From NCBI GenBank assembly GCA_047947115.1, contig CP170459.1, positions 5,920,001-5,984,000 of the forward strand: a stretch of 64,000 bases of DNA, given 5' to 3'. Each line of letters opens with the position of its first letter. Within the stretch, counting starts at the first letter, position 1. The notes beneath the pieces are model-generated. The model made no database searches and was not told where the DNA came from. It saw nothing but the letters and a program-made list of their open reading frames with translations. This DNA comes from Verrucomicrobiota bacterium (GTDB lineage Bacteria > Verrucomicrobiota > Verrucomicrobiia > Limisphaerales > AAA164-E04). Shown here in pieces: positions 58,133 to 64,000 of the stretch. The translations under genes were made by a program, and so were the position numbers.

Positions 58133-61024
58133 TTAATCGATGTGAATGAATGCGTTGGCATTGAACAAGGCCCGGCAGAACAAGGGGCCACCCAGCTTGG
58201 CTTTAAAGGCCAATGCCTGCTCCAGTTCTTCATCGGATGGGTTGCGCCCGTAGCATCGCATAAAGGCTTCCTTGATCCAGGAATGATCCAGATCGCCGGC
58301 GGTACGATCAAGGTCATCAGCGAGTGCCTGCGCCATATCCAAAGTGAACGTATGGTTCAACAAAGTCAGCGCTTGCAGGGGCGTCGTGGTGGAAGCACGT
58401 TTGGGCGCGGGAAAGGCAGGGTCCGGACAATCAAACTCGGTCATCAAATCCACTACGGCGGCGCGGGCGTTATGATGATATACCGCCCGACGATAGGTTT
58501 CGGGACCGTGTTCATCGAGCGGCACGTAGGTCGCCACATTGTCCTGCAAATAGCGATAGAGTCTAAAACCAGGACCCCCCATGTCCTTTTGTAAAAGTCC
58601 CGATACCTGCAACATGGTGTCGCGGATTTCCTCGGCAGATAGACGGCGTGGTGGAAAACGCCACAACCACTTGGAGTCCGCATCCAAACGTGAGGCTTCT
58701 TCCCGCATGACGGAAGACTGCCGATAGGCTTGTGACATCACCAACAATTTGTGCATGGATTTGACCCGCCAACCGTTTTCCACCAGCTGTCCCGCAAGCC
58801 AGTCGAGCAGCTCCGGATGGCTGGGTTGATTACCCATGAATCCAAAATCACTGGGAGTATCCACCAGGCCGCGACCAAAATGTTTTTGCCAGATCCGATT
58901 CGCCCAGACACGCGGCGTCAGCGGATTGCTTTCATCCACCAACCAATCGGCCAAAGCCAATCGACGTTCTGCTTCCGGTGTTTCCTTTGCCAACGCATAC
59001 CCACCCGAGACACGATTCAATGCGGTCAATGAAGCGGGTACGACTTCCTTGCCCCGACGTTGAGGGTTGCCTCCGATGAAAACATGCGAGGGATCGTCAA
59101 TCGAAGAAAAATTCCCCGCCCACCACTGAGGCAGATCGGGCACTTGCCGCTTTGAACGATCGATGGACGCAATTTCAAGACGAAGCTCCTTCAACCGGGC
59201 ACTTTCTTCAGCTGTCATTTCAGCGGACATCCACCGATGATTGCGATGGGCTTCGTTGACGGGTTTGCGATCGTGCGAATCCGCCACCCTGGTCCAGGTC
59301 TCACCGTCCAGCGACACTTCGATACGGTATTCCGAAATGAAGGCAGCCACGGAATGATCCCCGGCATCCCCCACCCGATCACTAGAAAAGAACACGCGAT
59401 TCACCTCTGTCGGTTCGGCAAGGGTGATGGTCAGCTCAGGTCCTTGAGCAATCCAGCGGGCACCGTATTTGCCATCAATGGTCAACCGCGCGCTGTAGGC
59501 ATCAGCGAAATCCTCCGCAATTCGGCTCGCGCCTTGAGCGCTCCCCCCCGCCTCAAGTGCTGCAACATTGCGACCGGTCGTCCCAGGCGTCCATACCTCG
59601 AACTCATCAATCCCGTAACCCGAGGTGCCGGCCGGGTTTCGTTCGGTTCCTTCCACTGTCAGGCGAACATAACGCACCTTGGTTTGGTCAAGGTTTTCTT
59701 CCACTCCGGTGCGTTCGATCGGGTCGCGCACCCAGGCTGCGTCATAGGTGGCGGATTTGGATTCCGCGCGTTTGAGGATTTCGGATTCGAGAATTTGTCT
59801 GGCTTTATCCAATTCATGACGTTTTTCATCCAATGGTTGAAGTTCCAGACGTCGTGCCTCGCGTTGTGCGTCGGTCGCAATTTCACGGGAACCATGTTTC
59901 ACGCCGGCAAAGGTGGCATACCAACTGTAATAGTCTTCCTGCGAAATGGGATCGAACTTGTGGTGATGACAACGGCCACAACCGACGGTCAGCCCAAGAA
60001 AAGCCTCGGAGGTTGCGCGAATGATCTCGTCAATGGTGTTGGCTCGAATCTGGGCCGCTTGTGCAGGATCCTGATTCCCCACATCATCATAGGGACCGCA
60101 AACAAGATAGGTTGTGCCGATCTCGACATCAGGATCATTCGGCCCCAGTTGATCGCCAGCCAGATGTTCACGGATCAGACGTGAAAGAGGTTTGTCTTCG
60201 TTAAAGGAACGGATCACGTAATCGCGAAACGGCCAGGCATTGCGGATGATTTCATTTCGCTCGAACCCACGACTTTCACCAAAGCGGACCACATCCAACC
60301 AATGTCGTCCCCAACGTTCGCCGTAGTGCGGTGAAGCAAGCAATCGATCCACCAATCGTTCGTAGGCATCCAGGTCGGTAGAACGAACAAACGCATCCAC
60401 ATCTTCTGGCGTCGGGGGTAATCCAGTCAAATCATAGGCCAAGCGCCGGATCAATGTCCCACGATCAGCCTTGGGTGAGTGACTCAATCCTTGTGCACGC
60501 AAGCCTTGGTGAATGAATGCATCCACCGGATTCTGTCGCCAGCTTTCGGGTGCGTCGGACACATCAGGGACCACGGGGTGAGCCAGCGGTTGGAAGGACC
60601 ACCAGGTTTCGTCGGCTTTGGCGGCTTCCTTGAGCACCACACCTTCTGGCCAGATTGCTCCCTGCATGACCCATTCCCGAATGGCCATGACCTGTGCTTC
60701 GTTAAGAGGCTTAGCCTCCTTGGGCATTTCGGGAGCTTCGCCATTTAATGAAGGTTGGATCAAATCGAGCAGATAACTTTGATCCCCGTTACGCAAGGTC
60801 AAATAGCCACCCTCTCTCAAATGTTCGGGCGTTGTTAGAGAAACATCCCCTTTTTCATTACCCGGGTAATGGCAACGCACACAATGCTGCTCCAGAATCG
60901 GAGCCACTTTTGATTGAAACAGCTCCGTGGAAGGATTTGTTTTTTCTGCGGCAAAGGCCTTACCAACAAATAAAGCCGCCAACACGACCAGCCAGTTCCA
61001 TGGAATTTCAGTTAGGCGATTCAT
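58133..61024 (-). CDS. Planctomycete cytochrome c / DUF1549 (PSCyt2) / DUF1553 (PSD1) protein with an inserted discoidin-like region
   Basis: CVRCH and CGRCH heme-type motifs; WWSFQP, DLTGLPPT, YGERWGRHWLD, NPLTPRVWANRIW, PSHPELLDWLA and TPLQAL motifs. Confidence 0.93.
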   Translation of the reverse strand: MNRLTEIPWNWLVVLAALFVGKAFAAEKTNPSTELFQSKVAPILEQHCVRCHYPGNEKGDVSLTTPEHLREGGYLTLRNGDQSYLLDLIQPSLNGEAPEMPKEAKPLNEAQVMAIREWVMQGAIWPEGVVLKEAAKADETWWSFQPLAHPVVPDVSDAPESWRQNPVDAFIHQGLRAQGLSHSPKADRGTLIRRLAYDLTGLPPTPEDVDAFVRSTDLDAYERLVDRLLASPHYGERWGRHWLDVVRFGESRGFERNEIIRNAWPFRDYVIRSFNEDKPLSRLIREHLAGDQLGPNDPDVEIGTTYLVCGPYDDVGNQDPAQAAQIRANTIDEIIRATSEAFLGLTVGCGRCHHHKFDPISQEDYYSWYATFAGVKHGSREIATDAQREARRLELQPLDEKRHELDKARQILESEILKRAESKSATYDAAWVRDPIERTGVEENLDQTKVRYVRLTVEGTERNPAGTSGYGIDEFEVWTPGTTGRNVAALEAGGSAQGASRIAEDFADAYSARLTIDGKYGARWIAQGPELTITLAEPTEVNRVFFSSDRVGDAGDHSVAAFISEYRIEVSLDGETWTRVADSHDRKPVNEAHRNHRWMSAEMTAEESARLKELRLEIASIDRSKRQVPDLPQWWAGNFSSIDDPSHVFIGGNPQRRGKEVVPASLTALNRVSGGYALAKETPEAERRLALADWLVDESNPLTPRVWANRIWQKHFGRGLVDTPSDFGFMGNQPSHPELLDWLAGQLVENGWRVKSMHKLLVMSQAYRQSSVMREEASRLDADSKWLWRFPPRRLSAEEIRDTMLQVSGLLQKDMGGPGFRLYRYLQDNVATYVPLDEHGPETYRRAVYHHNARAAVVDLMTEFDCPDPAFPAPKRASTTTPLQALTLLNHTFTLDMAQALADDLDRTAGDLDHSWIKEAFMRCYGRNPSDEELEQALAFKAKLGGPLFCRALFNANAFIHID

Positions 61025-61069
61025 GATTGCAAAGGATCATATCTTGTGATCGGTAAAAATGCCGCGGAG

Positions 61070-62473
61070 TCATGGCTGCCACATCTCGTTATCCTGATGC
61101 GCCTGTCCCATGAGCAATTTCAGCTCGGTCACTTTGGAAAGTTTGCCTGCGGCAATATTGGTTTCCTCCCCGAGATCCTGATCCAGACGGAACAATTCAA
61201 AGACACCATCCCGATGCTGAACGCCCTTCCAATTGCCCTGCCGAATGGCCTGAAAATGCTTTCCGCCACCGTAGAATTCCCAATAGAGGTATGGATGCTG
61301 CTTCTGCCTTGCATCCTTTCCGACCAGAGTGTTCACGAAGCTGATCGAATCGAGCCCCTTCGGTGCCCTCGTTTCCGCAAGTTCGGCGGCGGTGGTCATG
61401 AAATCGCCAAAATAGCCGATGTGTTCGGAAACAGTGTTCGGTCGAATCCGGCCCGGCCAACGCACGATCATCGGCACCCGAATGCCGCCTTCGTAAAGAT
61501 CACGTTTGATGCCGCGCAAAGGACCGTTGGAATCGTTGAACAATGGATCATTCCCCCCTTCGCGATGTGGACCGTTGTCAGAGGTGAAGAATACGATGGT
61601 GTTCTCGTCGAGATTCAATTCTTTCAACAAGGCCATGAGTCGTCCGACATCCGCATCCATGTGACTGATCATGGCGGCGTGTCCTTTCTGAGGTTCGGGC
61701 CAGTCCGTGTTGGCGTACTGACCATAGTCAGGTATTTCCATTCCACGCTGGCCTCCTTCGTTGTTGGCGTGAGGAATGGTCAGAGAAAGGTAGAGGAAAA
61801 ACGGACGTGACTGGTTTCTGCGTACAAAGTCCAGGGCTTCTTCCGCGCACAAATCGTGCGAATAGGTGGCTCGTTCCACAGCATAACCGGCTCCGTCCTG
61901 ACGATTATTGTCCACACGATTGCCTTCCAGAGCAACGCGCTCTTCATTTCTGAAGAGAAATTCAGGATAATAATTGTGCGCATGCCGCTGGCATAGATAG
62001 CCAAAGAAATAATCAAACCCTTGACGATTGGGGTGACCGCTTGAATCAGGGCCGCCCAGCCCCCACTTGCCGACCAATCCGGTGGCATATCCGGCTTTCT
62101 TCAGCACCTCGGCGACAGTCACTGTTTCGTCGGGCAAAGGCCATTGGCCCATGGGTTGAATCTCACGATTGCCCCGAACCAACGCGCGACCGGTATGAAC
62201 GCCTGTCATCAGCACGCACCGAGAAGGTGCGCAAACCGTGGATCCGGCATAGAATTGAGTGAATCGCATCCCCTCTTGTGCCATGCGATCAATGTTGGGA
62301 GTTTGAATGCGTTGTTGTCCGTAACATCCCAGATCTCCATAACCGAGATCATCGGTCATGATGTAGATGATATTGGGTTTGGCTGCCAGGGCATGGGTTA
62401 CCAAAGCGCAGCAAGCTATCCATAGAGCTGCCCGATGTGTGAATAGATGCAAAGGATTCATCGTAATCTTCAT
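61070..62473 (-). CDS. Formylglycine-dependent arylsulfatase, secreted
   Basis: PNIIYIMTDDLG, CAPSR, GKWGLG, SDNG and K.DLYEGGIRVP motifs. Confidence 0.96.
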   Translation of the reverse strand: MKITMNPLHLFTHRAALWIACCALVTHALAAKPNIIYIMTDDLGYGDLGCYGQQRIQTPNIDRMAQEGMRFTQFYAGSTVCAPSRCVLMTGVHTGRALVRGNREIQPMGQWPLPDETVTVAEVLKKAGYATGLVGKWGLGGPDSSGHPNRQGFDYFFGYLCQRHAHNYYPEFLFRNEERVALEGNRVDNNRQDGAGYAVERATYSHDLCAEEALDFVRRNQSRPFFLYLSLTIPHANNEGGQRGMEIPDYGQYANTDWPEPQKGHAAMISHMDADVGRLMALLKELNLDENTIVFFTSDNGPHREGGNDPLFNDSNGPLRGIKRDLYEGGIRVPMIVRWPGRIRPNTVSEHIGYFGDFMTTAAELAETRAPKGLDSISFVNTLVGKDARQKQHPYLYWEFYGGGKHFQAIRQGNWKGVQHRDGVFELFRLDQDLGEETNIAAGKLSKVTELKLLMGQAHQDNEMWQP

Positions 62474-62614
62474 TTCTGGAATGAAACGAGGCTAATAAAT
62501 CCGCAGCAGAAGACCAACTTTTAAAATTTGGACCTTCAGCAATTGATTTCAGTCTCCGAGCGAATCTGGAAATCATGACTTGAGGGCGTTCGACAACTTC
62601 AGTATTTTTCCTCC

Positions 62615-64000
62615 GTGGACCCATCTGATCGAATCCAGGAACGTAAACCTGTTCAGTTCATTCACGCGCTGCTGCCCATAGCGTTCTTGAGTTTGGTTAT
62701 CCTTTATGGATTGATTGCGCGACCGCTTTTTCTGAATCGGGAGGCCTTGTCGTTGGAGACGGTTTTTGTATTGGCTTCGTTTTTTTCTGTGTCCCACCTC
62801 TTTTACCTCGGGTTGTCGTGGGAAACGATTCAGGATTCGATCGTTCGAAAGATCTCTTCTGCGCTGCCCGCTTTTTTCATTTTATTTGCCATCGGAATCA
62901 TCATTTCGAGTTGGATGATCTGTGGAACGATTCCCATGCTGGTGTATTACGGTCTCGAGATGGTCGAGCCTCGGTATTTGTATTTGGTGGCTTTTTTGAT
63001 TCCAGTTGTGTTTTCTTCTCTCACGGGAACAAGTTGGGGGTCGGTTGGAACGGTCGGCGTGGTCATCATGGGCATGGCTTCAGCTCTGGAAGCCAATCTT
63101 GGAATCACTGCCGGAGCAATCATCGGTGGCGCCTATTTCGGAGACAAACTTTCCCCTTTGTCGGATACCACAAACCTGGCGGCGCTGGCAGCCAATGTGG
63201 ATCTGTTCGATCACATCCGTTCCATGACGATCACAACCATTCCCTCGGCCATGTTGGCGTCTGTGGGTTATCTGATTCTGGGATTCACGCATCCACCGGC
63301 CTTACAAAGCGCCGAATTGGACACGCTCACCCCGTTTCGTGATTCGCTCACGTCCATCTTCCATTTCAACCTGCTGTTGCTGATTCCACCGGCGATCGTC
63401 CTCATCGGTTCGATCAGGAAAAAAGCGACCATTCCCACACTGTTAGCCTCCGTCCTGTCGGCATTTGTTCTGGCTCTAATCTTCCAACGTTTCACCCTGG
63501 CGGATGTGTCGAATGCGTTATCCAACGGATTTGACACCGCCATGACACCCTGGGCCACGGATTTACCGGAACAAACCATGGCCCTGGTCAATCGGGGGGG
63601 GCTTTACTCGATGAGCCAGGCGATCTTTGTCGCATTTCTGGTGTTTTTCTTTATCGGCTCGATCGACACGATCGATGCCATGCCCACTGTCGTTTCACGT
63701 GTGTGCGGGTTTGCAAAAACACGGTCTGCAACCATCCTTTCAGCGCTCGCAGCAACGGGACTGACCAATGCCTTGACATCCAATCAATACGCGACCAGCT
63801 TCATCGTCGGGGACGCCTTCAAGAGTCGGTTCGATCATATGAAGATACCACGCAAGGTTTTGTCCCGATCATTGGAAGATTATGGAACTATGATTGAAAG
63901 CATTGTTCCCTGGACGTCCACCGCGGTTTTCATGGTAGCCACGCTGGGGGTGCCGTGGGCGGAGTATTGGAACTGGCAATTGCTGTCGCTGATCAATCTT
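62615..64000 (+). CDS. nhaC: NhaC family Na+/H+ antiporter, 3' end runs off the window
   Basis: Not in the ORF track. Manual translation from GTG 62615 gives WMICGTIPMLVYYG, GTSWGS.GT.G, GAIIGGAYFGDKLSPLSDTTNLA, NRGG and SRSLEDYGT. Confidence 0.93.
   Translation, partial: MDPSDRIQERKPVQFIHALLPIAFLSLVILYGLIARPLFLNREALSLETVFVLASFFSVSHLFYLGLSWETIQDSIVRKISSALPAFFILFAIGIIISSWMICGTIPMLVYYGLEMVEPRYLYLVAFLIPVVFSSLTGTSWGSVGTVGVVIMGMASALEANLGITAGAIIGGAYFGDKLSPLSDTTNLAALAANVDLFDHIRSMTITTIPSAMLASVGYLILGFTHPPALQSAELDTLTPFRDSLTSIFHFNLLLLIPPAIVLIGSIRKKATIPTLLASVLSAFVLALIFQRFTLADVSNALSNGFDTAMTPWATDLPEQTMALVNRGGLYSMSQAIFVAFLVFFFIGSIDTIDAMPTVVSRVCGFAKTRSATILSALAATGLTNALTSNQYATSFIVGDAFKSRFDHMKIPRKVLSRSLEDYGTMIESIVPWTSTAVFMVATLGVPWAEYWNWQLLSLINL

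Noticed and set aside
1..64000. tRNA, rRNA, prophage, integrase or known defence system
   Set aside because: No cloverleaf or rRNA signatures, phage structural genes, recombinases or defence hallmarks were recognised. The JAB gene lacks CBASS-type neighbours.

Overview
A roughly 54% GC (by eye) chromosomal window from a PVC-superphylum bacterium. The ClpX/DnaA sequence style, DUF1553/DUF1501 pair, sulfatase and GH95 suggest Verrucomicrobiota, probably marine (inference). It holds about 46 CDS. Housekeeping genes: dnaA (not followed by dnaN), clpP-clpX, asnS, pcm, ggt, panE and a DEAD-box helicase. Metabolic and signalling loci: a glucosylglycerate compatible-solute operon behind a clear sigma54 promoter, a sugar ABC operon with an atypical shikimate-dehydrogenase-family enzyme, a DUF4956-VTC-lamin-tail cluster, an NsrA/CyaK-like FecR-TPR-beta-barrel plus CHASE2 adenylate cyclase pair, and a sulfatase-DUF1553-DUF1501 operon. 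The most striking observation is a full-length ATP-dependent DNA ligase homolog, coupled to an intact ligase-associated exonuclease, in which essentially all catalytic motifs (including the adenylated Lys) are substituted and a QxxMF clamp-motif-like insert is present. The intergenic DNA carries several families of REP/BIME/MITE-like repeats, and an IS4-family element sits inside one REP hairpin. No rRNA, tRNA or CRISPR array was seen. All family calls come from motif recognition by eye, not database searches.
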